IMG/VR virus record: IMGVR_UViG_3300028840_005860
Coordinates: 62,001-126,000 of that record
Reading direction: 5' to 3' (one strand)
Length of the DNA stretch: 64,000 bases
Shown: in pieces, positions 46,837-55,423 of the stretch
Layout of the letters: each line of letters starts with the position of its first letter
Numbering within the stretch: position 1 is the stretch's first letter
Notes under the pieces: generated by a model
Database searches by the model: none
Seen by the model: the letters and a program-made list of their open reading frames with translations, nothing else
What the model was told of the DNA's origin: nothing
Made by a program: the position numbers and the translations under genes

Positions 46837-48455
46837 CGCAACCTGTGGCTCGGCCCCTTCGTGGTTCCGAAGACCACGTGCTCGTCGTTGACGAGGGAGG
46901 CACAGTGACGGTTCGTCGCGTAAATGCTGTCGAACCCCCTCGGGCAGCCATAGAGGCTCCACGCCTTCTTAGCCATGTAGGGTTTGCCGAGCACGACGTC
47001 TCCCATGAACATGAAGGCTCCCCGCCCTCGTATGGCTCCCGCGCCGGAAGAGTACAGTCCCGAACCTATCGAGCAGTAGTTCGCGGCCTTGCGAAAGTCC
47101 GACGCCCAGTAGATTCCGTGCCCGAACGCCGCCCCCGTGATGTGGACGCCCTTCAAAGACTTGGGGAGACGCAGGTCGGTCTGCAGGATCGGAGCCACGT
47201 TCACCGAGCGCGTTCCGTGGAACAGGAGAGCCATGTTCGCTCGCTCGTAGAGATCTGCGATGTCCGAGACGTCGTGTCGCTCGTCCGGCTGCATGTCGGC
47301 CTGCTCGTGATTCCCTTTGCGGACCGACGCGACGTGCTTGGCCCCCGCGACGAAGAGGTCGTCCACTCGAGAACGCCGAATGACGAACGCATTGAGGACG
47401 CGCACGTCTCCGATGTTTCTGTGTCGGTCCTTGGACATCCTCGTGAAGGTCTCGACCACCCACTTCCCGCGCCCGCTCTTCATGTCGAGCCACTCGATCT
47501 CCGCCTTCAGCGCGGCGTTCGGATCGATCTGCTGCTCCTCCTGGACCTCGACCTCCCAGTCCTCGTTCTTCAGCGCGGCCTCGAACGCGTCGAGGTCCTG
47601 CTGCACGAGGAGGATGTTGGTCGAGTTCAGGATGACGGCGGACGGGTCTCCGCCACGAGGGATGGGTCTCGGCACGATGGTCGCGACGTAGGTCGAGAGC
47701 TCCTGGAGCTTCTTGTCCCTGAGCTGGCGGTCGTGGTCGTCACCGATCCGTTTGATCATCGCGAGGGCCTGCGGGATGAGGTCGTCGCGGACCTCGGTGA
47801 TCGCCTCCATGGTGGGGGTGACGCCCGACGCCCTGGAGGCCGCGCGGGCGTAGTCGGCGGTGCCTCCGACGAGCGACTTCGCGAGCGCGATGACCTGCGG
47901 CTGCGCGTCGATCTTCTTCTTGGAGGTCTTCTTCTTGGTGGCTTTCTTCTTGGCCTTCTTCTTCTCGACGCCGCTGTCGTCCTTGATCAGGCATGCGTCG
48001 GGGAGCCCGCGCTCGCGGGTCGCGAGGCGCTGGACGACGTATCCGTCCTTGCCGGACTTGCCGACCCAGATCTCCTTGCCGCCGACCTTCTTCTGCTGGA
48101 GCCGCTTGATGTTCTTGCTGCGGCACTGCTTCTCGAAGAACGTGCGGGCGTCATCCTCTCCGCTGCACGTGACGAACTGGAAGTCTTGCCCTCGGAAGGA
48201 GCCGTCCCAGGTCTTGCCTCCGCCGCTGACTCGTCCCCACTCGAGGTAGACGTACCAGGCTCCGTCCTGGCGCACGACCCCGGCGTGGTAGTACTTGTTG
48301 TTGTTCGCGTCCCCGAACTGGTTGACGCAGACCATGTCCGCGATCCCCACCTCGGATCCGAAGTCGTCCTGGTCGACCGCGGGGCGACCCTGGTACTTGA
48401 AGTCGTCCGCCGAGCAGCCCGACGGCATCTCTTTCCTGCCGAGTTTGACAGCCAT
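46812..48455 (-). CDS. poly(ADP-ribose) polymerase-like protein (WGR + helical + ART catalytic domain)
   Basis: NNNKYY...YLEWGRV (WGR); LLFHGT, FGHGIYWAS..KAANY, VVLGK and NDEHVVF give the H-Y-E triad. Confidence 0.9.
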   Translation of the reverse strand: MAVKLGRKEMPSGCSADDFKYQGRPAVDQDDFGSEVGIADMVCVNQFGDANNNKYYHAGVVRQDGAWYVYLEWGRVSGGGKTWDGSFRGQDFQFVTCSGEDDARTFFEKQCRSKNIKRLQQKKVGGKEIWVGKSGKDGYVVQRLATRERGLPDACLIKDDSGVEKKKAKKKATKKKTSKKKIDAQPQVIALAKSLVGGTADYARAASRASGVTPTMEAITEVRDDLIPQALAMIKRIGDDHDRQLRDKKLQELSTYVATIVPRPIPRGGDPSAVILNSTNILLVQQDLDAFEAALKNEDWEVEVQEEQQIDPNAALKAEIEWLDMKSGRGKWVVETFTRMSKDRHRNIGDVRVLNAFVIRRSRVDDLFVAGAKHVASVRKGNHEQADMQPDERHDVSDIADLYERANMALLFHGTRSVNVAPILQTDLRLPKSLKGVHITGAAFGHGIYWASDFRKAANYCSIGSGLYSSGAGAIRGRGAFMFMGDVVLGKPYMAKKAWSLYGCPRGFDSIYATNRHCASLVNDEHVVFGTTKGPSHRLRYLLEISV

Positions 48456-48623
48456 GTTTTCCTCCGGGTCCTCTGTCCGGGTCTGTGACTTGGAGCTGAC
48501 CGCTCACGGGTTATACTCCCTCGGGGCTCGGACCGAGGAGCCGTCGGCGTAGAACGAGAGAGGGTCCCCTCCTCCTCAGGAGGGGGTCGTTCGGACGCGC
48601 TGTTCGCGCGCAGGAGGATCACC

Positions 48624-49391
48624 ATGGCGGATCGCTGCCCAGAATGCTCGAACGTATTGCCCGACCACGCGAGCTGGTGTTCACGTTTCCCTGACGGCGT
48701 GCCGCATCCCGACGGTTTCGGAGGGTCCGACGAGGAGTCGCATTACATGTCACAGAAGCGCATCACGACCAAGGAAGAATTCGAGGCCGAGTACGGCGAC
48801 TTCGATCCGTCTCGCGAGCCCACGTTACTTCGCGAGCGTCTGGACGGTTCTCTTGCCCGCGTGATGTCGGAACGTCGAGGTCCGTCCAAGCTGGACGAGA
48901 TGATCGAGGCCGAGCGGGCCGTAGTGGGTCCCACCCCGGAGCAGGAGGCCGCGATGAAACGCGATGTGGAGCAACAGCTCGGGCCGAAACAGGTCCTCGT
49001 GGTGCGCACCGACCTCCAGATGCGCAAGGGCAAAATGGTCTCGCAGGGGGCTCACGCGAGCGGCAAGGTCTTCTTCGACACCATCCCCCGCGAGGCGCTT
49101 GAGGTCGGGTTCCCCGAAGGCTTCGAGCGCGTCAGGGTGACTCTCGAGCTGGACAGGTCGATGTTCATGTGGCTCGCCGGCATCTTCACGAAAATCTGTT
49201 GCCGCGTCGACTCCGAGGACGAGCTCCTCGAGATCTACGAGAAGGCCACGACGGCCGGGCTCCCGTGCGTCCTCATCGAGGACAGGGGCCTCACCGAGTT
49301 CGGCGGCGTCCCGACCAAGACGTGCTGCGCCATCGGGCCGGCACCGCCCGAGGAGGTCGACCCCATCACCGGACACCTCAAATTGCTGTAG
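48624..49391 (+). CDS. pth2: peptidyl-tRNA hydrolase, Pth2 type, with N-terminal extension
   Basis: KQVLVVRTDL.M.KGK...QGAHAS; KI...V.SE.EL; I.D.G.TE...T.TCCAIGP...EVD.ITG.LKLL. Confidence 0.9.
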   Translation: MADRCPECSNVLPDHASWCSRFPDGVPHPDGFGGSDEESHYMSQKRITTKEEFEAEYGDFDPSREPTLLRERLDGSLARVMSERRGPSKLDEMIEAERAVVGPTPEQEAAMKRDVEQQLGPKQVLVVRTDLQMRKGKMVSQGAHASGKVFFDTIPREALEVGFPEGFERVRVTLELDRSMFMWLAGIFTKICCRVDSEDELLEIYEKATTAGLPCVLIEDRGLTEFGGVPTKTCCAIGPAPPEEVDPITGHLKLL

Positions 49392-49401
49392 GAACGAAAC
49401 C

Positions 49402-49743
49402 ATGTCCGACAAGCCAGCCGTCGTCGCCCAACAGGTGGTCCCCCTGGCCAGGGCCTTTCGTACTCCGGCGCCGTGCGAGCGTCCCCGATCGAGACCCGTG
49501 GCCGAGGGCCGGGTGGAACTCCAACCCTTCGGGAACCGAACCGAGAAGGTTGCCTGGGTCGTCTGGGCTCGGGTGTTCGAGCCCGACGCCGCGCACCTCA
49601 AGGACCCCACCGTGTGGACGCGTCTCGCGGAGATCAAGGTCGAGTTCTCCGGGCGCGGTTTCAAGAGGCGCCTCGCCGAGGCGAAGGAGAAGGCGGTGAC
49701 CATCCTGCTCGCCCACGAGGGCGTGCCTCCCGAACAGTGGTAG
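49402..49743 (+). CDS. hypothetical protein
   Basis: ORF track. Confidence 0.6.
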   Translation: MSDKPAVVAQQVVPLARAFRTPAPCERPRSRPVAEGRVELQPFGNRTEKVAWVVWARVFEPDAAHLKDPTVWTRLAEIKVEFSGRGFKRRLAEAKEKAVTILLAHEGVPPEQW

Positions 49744-49755
49744 TCGAATCTGGCT

Positions 49756-49784
49756 TGACGACGCCTCGCGAGGCGTGTAGAGTA
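49756..49784 (+). promoter_or_regulatory. sigma70 promoter with palindromic spacer
   Basis: TTGACG-acgcctcgcgaggcgtg(17)-TAGAGT; the spacer contains a perfect 16-nt palindrome. Confidence 0.7.
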
Positions 49785-49802
49785 CCTCTCGTCGTGGCAC
49801 TC

Positions 49803-49940
49803 CTGCTCAATACAAACCCGCGCGGGCCCGCTCTCGTCGAACGAGAGCGCGAGGCTGAAGTTCGCCTGCGCGGGGATGACAACTGAGCAGTCCGAGGGCC
49901 CGAAGACCTCGACACCCCGCGCAGGAAGCCGAGAAGGCTC
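49803..49940 (+). ncRNA. structured leader RNA candidate upstream of the Glu/Asn tRNAs
   Basis: ctgctca/tgagcag, several hairpins and alternative pairings for 49865-75. Confidence 0.4.
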
Positions 49941-49944
49941 ATCT

Positions 49945-50021
49945 GCCGGAGTGGTCCAGTTGGTCAGGACATGGGACTTTCAATCCCAAGATCGCGGGTT
50001 CGAACCCCGTCTCCGGTGCCA
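49945..50021 (+). tRNA. tRNA-Glu(TTC)
   Basis: tggga-ct ttc aa-tccca; CCA. Confidence 0.9.
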
Positions 50022-50022
50022 C

Positions 50023-50100
50023 GCCCCGTTGGTCTAGCGGCCTAGGACGCCTGGTTCTCAGCCAGGAGATTCGTGGGTTCGAATCCCACACGGGGTACCA
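50023..50100 (+). tRNA. tRNA-Glu(CTC)
   Basis: cctgg-tt ctc ag-ccagg; CCA. Confidence 0.9.
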
Positions 50101-50105
50101 TACAT

Positions 50106-50178
50106 TCCGGGGTAGCTCAGTTGGTAGAGCGTTCGATTGTTAGTCGAGGGGTCGGGGGTTCGAGACCCTCCCCCGGAG
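50106..50178 (+). tRNA. tRNA-Asn(GTT)
   Basis: ttcga-tt gtt ag-tcgag. Confidence 0.9.
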
Positions 50179-50198
50179 CCGCTTTCAAGGAGATTCCC

Positions 50199-50420
50199 AT
50201 GGTCATCCGATCCAGCAAACGAGGCACGAGAAACCCGAACGCCAAGCTCGATCTCGAGAAGGTCCGGTACATCTTGGGCTCTGGTGAAAGCAACGCTGTG
50301 CTCGCTCGCAGACTGAGTGTCTCCCCTGCTGCCGTGTCCAACGTGCGGACCGGCAGGACTTGGTCCTGGATCGACGCCGACTGGGACGACGACGGCCTCG
50401 AGTACGAGAACGCCGCCTGA
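50199..50420 (+). CDS. stand-alone HTH resembling the C-terminal DNA-binding domain of HNH endonucleases
   Basis: GTRNPNAKL...V..I...ES..VLARRL.VS...VSNVRTGRTW. Confidence 0.7.
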   Translation: MVIRSSKRGTRNPNAKLDLEKVRYILGSGESNAVLARRLSVSPAAVSNVRTGRTWSWIDADWDDDGLEYENAA

Positions 50421-50712
50421 CGGCTTTCGTTCCACGCGTCCTCCTCGACAGAGAGGGCATGGACCTCGGAACCTTCATCGAGCGCCACCTCGACTGCCTG
50501 GAGGGCCTGCGCGACGCGCCTCCGTCGCTCGAGGCCCTCCCCGAGCCCGAGAGGGGCGCGGCCCTGACGTGGCTCGGTTCGCTCAAGGCTGCCCGCGGGA
50601 TCAACCCGTATGCGGAACGACCGCCCACGGCCGAGCTCCTGGACCGTGTTTTCACGAAGAACGTGCCCGAGGGGTAGAATGGGTGGTCCCGGAAACGAGA
50701 GCGGGGAGCGCG

Positions 50713-51513
50713 ATGACCGAAGTTGAGGTTCGCAGGGCAGAGAACGAGAGGCTGGGCTCCTTGGTCGAAGGACTGACCTCCGCTGAGAGGGAGGCGCTCC
50801 TGCAGTGTCGGGGCGGCTGGACGGAGCACCCGAAGCGGCTGCTCATGGCCGCGATCACCCTGACGACGAAGGGGTTTCTCGAGCCCCACCCTCGGCACGG
50901 TCGGCGTCTCACCGTCCTGGGTCACAGGGCCGTCGACTTGCTCCTTGGAGGGGACATGAACGAAGACAGGACTGTATCGGAACGCGAGCACCTTCAGGAG
51001 ATCGTGGGTTCCCCAGACTGGGACGGCTCGTGTCCGAAGTGCGGGAGCCCGAGCGTGTGGTACCACGAGGGCCCGCGACGGGCCGTGTTCGGGGTGAGGG
51101 AGGGAGAGGTCTTCGCCAACGTCCACGCCGAGATCCATCCGTACCTCCAGTGTTGCGAGTGTAACATCCAGTGGCCCGTTCCGAAGGGGCTCACGGTTCG
51201 CGTGGCGGGAGTGGAAGAGTGGGCACCGACTGCCGAGCCGCCCACACTCCGAGTGGGTCGGTTGGCGTTACAGTGGCGGGAGTGGGAGGCAGAGCAGAAG
51301 GCCCGCGCCGAACGACTGGCGGGGATGTTGCGGGGTGTGCTGGAGACGCCGAGATACCTGTTGCTCGCTCGCGCCCTGGCAATCAACGTCGACGACGCAC
51401 GAGCACTGTGCGACGAGTACGGCGTCCACCCGGAGCGGATTTCCGCCGACGAGCTTGGCATACCAGATGCCGCTATCACCACCTTTGAGCCCGAGGGAGG
51501 GCAGCGTGGCTGA
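50713..51513 (+). CDS. hypothetical protein
   Basis: MTEVEVRR...; CPKC...CCEC. Confidence 0.55.
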   Translation: MTEVEVRRAENERLGSLVEGLTSAEREALLQCRGGWTEHPKRLLMAAITLTTKGFLEPHPRHGRRLTVLGHRAVDLLLGGDMNEDRTVSEREHLQEIVGSPDWDGSCPKCGSPSVWYHEGPRRAVFGVREGEVFANVHAEIHPYLQCCECNIQWPVPKGLTVRVAGVEEWAPTAEPPTLRVGRLALQWREWEAEQKARAERLAGMLRGVLETPRYLLLARALAINVDDARALCDEYGVHPERISADELGIPDAAITTFEPEGGQRG

Positions 51514-51720
51514 CAGGTGCCCACGTGCGGGATTCGCCAAGCTGGCGCACGATCACTGGCTCGTGAACGTCTTCACGGAGGACGGCGCGACGGGGGGCGA
51601 AGGCAGGACGAAGCGGGAGGCCCTGGCGTCCCTCGGACTCGATCCGACGGAAGTCGATTACCTGATGCGGCCGGAGAACCACAGCATGGAGAACTTCGAG
51701 GCTCACTGAGGGGAAGTGGG

Positions 51721-51963
51721 ATGAGTAAGGAACGACTGCGCGAATGCCGAGAGGCCCTGCAAAGGTTGGACACCCGTCCTCCGCTCGATCGGCTCGCCGT
51801 GAGCAACAACCTGGCCACGATCGTGGCGGTTCTACTCGACGTAGTGGACGATTTGTTGGACGACGAGCATGGCCAAGAGCACGTTTGCACAGCAGAGGAT
51901 CCGTGCCTGGACTACGAAAACTGTCCACGGTGCAAAGACTTCCCGTCGGGGAGCGGAGGCTAG
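51721..51963 (+). CDS. hypothetical protein
   Basis: MSKERLRECRE... Confidence 0.5.
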   Translation: MSKERLRECREALQRLDTRPPLDRLAVSNNLATIVAVLLDVVDDLLDDEHGQEHVCTAEDPCLDYENCPRCKDFPSGSGG

Positions 51964-51965
51964 GG

Positions 51966-53021
51966 ATGACCGAAGTCGACGATCTCAAGGCGGAGAACGA
52001 GCGGCTCAAGCGCGAGTTCGAGCAACTGCAGGTTCGCCGCGAGTACGAGAGGGAGGGGCACGCGCTCTTGGTGGTCGACCACGAGCGTCTCAAGGCCCGT
52101 GCAGGCGAGTTCGCGGACTTCATCAACAAGGTCACGGTGACGCTCCCGCGCGACCACGCACTCGCGAACGAGGCGCGCGACCTACTTCGTGACGGGCTCT
52201 ATGGAGGGAAGATCGGCTTGCCGAAGGGTTGGGAGTGGTGGAAAGGGATCCCCCCCGAGGCGGAGGACGAGGACAGGCGCGTGCTCTGTGCCGCGAGCAG
52301 GGAGGGCTACACCGTCGAGGTCTGGAACGACGGCGAAGACTACCTGTGTGCGGACGGCGCGTCCTTCAGGGCGGTGGAGGCGGTGATCGCTCGTCGCAGA
52401 ACCGGGGCGGACGATGCCCGGCAGGCGCTTCGGCCGGATCGGAATGCCTCAGAGGAGCAGGAGGTGCCGACAGAGGTTTCCTTTGAGGAGGCTCTGGACC
52501 ATCTCCTGCTCGAGTGCCAGGCCGTCGAGGAGCTCGAGTGGGACTCCGAGGGGCTCACCCAGTACTGCGGCGAGCCGTTCGGGAAGAGCGAGTTCATCGA
52601 GGGATCGATGACCAAGATCTCCTTCGAGGTGGTCGAGGATCACTGCCGGAGGCTCCAGGCCCGGATGGGCGACGGGGGCGAGCGGCTGGCCATCAACTGG
52701 CGGCTGGTCGCGGAGGGGCGCCCGACCGAGACCAAGGAGAACATGGCTCAAGCGACGAGAGGTGGGGGGCCCGGTAAGCTCAGCGCCGAACGAGACCCTC
52801 TCCTTGAGGCGCTGCAGGAAGCGCGGGCTAAGGTGGAGGACGGCAGGACCGTGCTCGGCATCGCTGACGCGGCCTGGCGCAAGGACAATCCGCCGAAGCC
52901 CGACCCTCCTGGGGGCCTCGGACTCACGCAGCAACGCCGCATGGCGTGGAAGGGCGGCTTCGTCTACGGCTGGATCGCGTGTCTCGCCGAGCTCGGCGTC
53001 GAGATCAAGGAGGACGACTAG
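51966..53021 (+). CDS. hypothetical protein
   Basis: MTEVDDLKAENERL... Confidence 0.6.
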   Translation: MTEVDDLKAENERLKREFEQLQVRREYEREGHALLVVDHERLKARAGEFADFINKVTVTLPRDHALANEARDLLRDGLYGGKIGLPKGWEWWKGIPPEAEDEDRRVLCAASREGYTVEVWNDGEDYLCADGASFRAVEAVIARRRTGADDARQALRPDRNASEEQEVPTEVSFEEALDHLLLECQAVEELEWDSEGLTQYCGEPFGKSEFIEGSMTKISFEVVEDHCRRLQARMGDGGERLAINWRLVAEGRPTETKENMAQATRGGGPGKLSAERDPLLEALQEARAKVEDGRTVLGIADAAWRKDNPPKPDPPGGLGLTQQRRMAWKGGFVYGWIACLAELGVEIKEDD

Positions 53022-53023
53022 GG

Positions 53024-53266
53024 ATGACCTGCTACGAAGATGCAGTCGCCACGCACAAGCACGCCGCCAGGGAGGCGTGCCTGAACCTCACGGAGGCGCA
53101 GCTTGAGGGCGTGTGGGCCATCTGGGAACACCACAGCCGGAAGGCGAGCCGCGAGGAGCACGACTTCGCCGTGAGGAAGTACCTGACGCACGACTGCGGC
53201 GTCTCCGTGGAGGATGCCAAGAAGGTCGTCGCGGCCCTTCGCCAGTACGACCTGTGTCTTTTCTGA
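53024..53266 (+). CDS. hypothetical protein
   Basis: MTCYEDAV... Confidence 0.55.
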   Translation: MTCYEDAVATHKHAAREACLNLTEAQLEGVWAIWEHHSRKASREEHDFAVRKYLTHDCGVSVEDAKKVVAALRQYDLCLF

Positions 53267-53300
53267 AGCAAAGTAAACCAGTCGACGGAGGAGAGAGTTC

Positions 53301-54026
53301 ATGACACGAAGCAAGTTTCGCGAGAGACTCCAGAGTCTCATCAACGAGGAGAGCATGGAGGGCGGCTCCGACACGCCGGACTTCGTCCTGGCGACGTACC
53401 TCGACGGCGTGCTGAGCGCCTTCGAGGATGCGGTGCGCGGGCGCGAGAAGTGGTACGGCCGCGAGCCCGAGGAGACCGCGCCTCCCGAGGACGACGTGCG
53501 GCCGAAGTTCCTTCCATGCCAGTGTGGCCACTACATCGACCGGATCGCCAAGAGGCCCGACAAGGACGGGGAGACCTGGTGGTGGTGCGGAGCCTGCGGA
53601 CGCATGGCCACGGTGCGGGAGGAGGACGACTTCATCTCGACGTGGTGGGAACCCAACCACGCGCTCGAGGGCGTCTCTCGCGAGGACGAGATCGAAGAGG
53701 AGAGGCAGCTGCTCAGGAAAGATGACCTGGAGGTGGCCGTGAAGCGTCTGATGGAGACGGACTGCACGGACGACGCCTACGACCACCATGCTCGCCGCGT
53801 GTGGGGCCTGCTCGACTCGGGGGCGCGCGACACCCTCATAGGACTCGTGAGGAACGGTCCCGTCTGGGACGGCGACCTCCCCTGCAAGACGGGGAGGGAC
53901 ACGCTGATCCGGCTGGGGCTCGCCGCCAAGGCCGTGAAAGAGGGCAAGCAGGGATACCAGGTGGCGACCTACAAGGGCTGGGACGTCTGCAAGCACTGGG
54001 ACGGCAACGAGGAGAATTCGGGATGA
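53301..54026 (+). CDS. hypothetical multi-module phage protein
   Basis: LIN..SME.GS.TPDF.LA.YL module; CQCG...CGAC. Confidence 0.7.
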   Translation: MTRSKFRERLQSLINEESMEGGSDTPDFVLATYLDGVLSAFEDAVRGREKWYGREPEETAPPEDDVRPKFLPCQCGHYIDRIAKRPDKDGETWWWCGACGRMATVREEDDFISTWWEPNHALEGVSREDEIEEERQLLRKDDLEVAVKRLMETDCTDDAYDHHARRVWGLLDSGARDTLIGLVRNGPVWDGDLPCKTGRDTLIRLGLAAKAVKEGKQGYQVATYKGWDVCKHWDGNEENSG

Positions 54027-54286
54027 CCGACTGGCAGAAACTAAACCAGAACCTGGACCGCGCCGAGAGGCGCCCTTCCATCGAGCACAGAATCCTCGAC
54101 GCCATGGACTGCGCCGGGAAACGCGGACGGCGTGTGGCCCGCGTCGCCATGCACCCCAACGCCTGCCGGGCATGGAAGGCCACCGAGATTCCTGGTGGGG
54201 ACGACGAGTCCCTAGAGTGGGCTGGAATCCTGTTCACGAAGGACCACCGACTTCGGGGCGGCGAGCTTCGTGTCCGCACGGTCTGA
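54023..54286 (+). CDS. hypothetical protein
   Basis: ATGA overlap. Confidence 0.5.
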   Translation: MTDWQKLNQNLDRAERRPSIEHRILDAMDCAGKRGRRVARVAMHPNACRAWKATEIPGGDDESLEWAGILFTKDHRLRGGELRVRTV

Positions 54287-54294
54287 GGTAGCTG

Positions 54295-54567
54295 ATGTCC
54301 GAACTCGACGATGCTCGCTCCCGGCTCCTGGGTCTGCTACGCCATCTCACGACCGTGGGGTACTGGCTCCCTCGCCGTCGCCGGTACTACGACCCCGACG
54401 ACTGGCGGAACATGTTCAACCCGCTCCGCATGCGTCGGGACTACGACCCCTCCGGGCGCCGGACGGTCCTCGTCAACGTACTTCCGCCGTCGCCGATCCT
54501 GGTGGAACGCATCCCCGAAGACGACCAAGCCCTGCCGTTCTACGACCGTGAACCCGGCGAGGACTGA
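54295..54567 (+). CDS. hypothetical protein
   Basis: ORF track. Confidence 0.55.
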   Translation: MSELDDARSRLLGLLRHLTTVGYWLPRRRRYYDPDDWRNMFNPLRMRRDYDPSGRRTVLVNVLPPSPILVERIPEDDQALPFYDREPGED

Positions 54568-54572
54568 GTCCC

Positions 54573-54794
54573 GTGCACGACGTGAGCGTTCGAATCCGGT
54601 TCCATCCAGCCGGTGAGATCGAAAGGCTCGAGGACGGCTCTCTGCGGTTCCCCGAGGGGGGTTCCGTCGAGCTCGACGGAATCGAGCGTCGGGTGCGCGC
54701 CGGAGACGAGATCGCGGTCCGCCTCGAGGAGGACGGCGCCCTCACGCTCCTGATCAACGGACGCCCGGCGGACGAGATCCCGCTGGACTCCTGA
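54573..54794 (+). CDS. hypothetical protein
   Basis: ORF track. Confidence 0.55.
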   Translation: MHDVSVRIRFHPAGEIERLEDGSLRFPEGGSVELDGIERRVRAGDEIAVRLEEDGALTLLINGRPADEIPLDS

Positions 54795-54811
54795 CTCGGT
54801 AGGGTGCGTTC

Positions 54812-55420
54812 ATGCACCGCACCGGCTGTCGCTTTCCCACCCTTGGATTCCTGACTGGAGGTACCGGTCAGTCAGACCTCGGCATCCCGCCCCAGGAGTA
54901 CGAGACGTTCGCCTACGACAGTGCGCTCCTCGAGGCCGGGATCGAGAACTTCAACGTCGTCCCGTACACGAGCGTGCTGCCCGCGGCGCTGTACGGCAAC
55001 ATCTACGACGTGAACGAGGTTCGCTCCTCCTTCCACCACGGCGCCGTCTTGGAGGTCATCATGGCGGGCGTGGGGGCCACGCAGGACTTCGCGGCCATCG
55101 CCACGGGGCTCGGGCTCGTCTGGGCCCAGACTCAGAACGGCAAGTTCGTCGGAGGGTTCGCCGCCGAGTACGTCGAGAGGTTCACCTCCCAGATCGACGA
55201 CTCCATCGCGCGATCAACCTCACAGATGTGGCTCCGCAGGTCGCTCGAGCACGAGCTGCGGATCAGGAACCTGCGTCCCTACACGGGTCCCGACGACGAC
55301 AGGCCGCACATGGAGTTCTTCCACAACTACGTGAACCTCCAGCAGCGGTTCGGCTACTGCCTCACCGCGCTGGGGTTCCTCGAGTTCAAGTGGCTCGACC
55401 CCGTTCCGGGGCCGACCTGA
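54812..55420 (+). CDS. pdaD: pyruvoyl-dependent arginine decarboxylase
   Basis: FLT.G.G.S....AYDSALLEAGIENFNVVPYTSVLP (Thr-Ser self-cleavage site); GAVLEVIMA; GFAAEY. Confidence 0.85.
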   Translation: MHRTGCRFPTLGFLTGGTGQSDLGIPPQEYETFAYDSALLEAGIENFNVVPYTSVLPAALYGNIYDVNEVRSSFHHGAVLEVIMAGVGATQDFAAIATGLGLVWAQTQNGKFVGGFAAEYVERFTSQIDDSIARSTSQMWLRRSLEHELRIRNLRPYTGPDDDRPHMEFFHNYVNLQQRFGYCLTALGFLEFKWLDPVPGPT

Positions 55421-55423
55421 CGC

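Noticed and set aside
54812-55420. Agmatidine (TiaS) tRNA-Ile modification pathway
   Set aside because: No tRNA-Ile(CAT) or tiaS-like gene lies in this window, so the link is unsupported here
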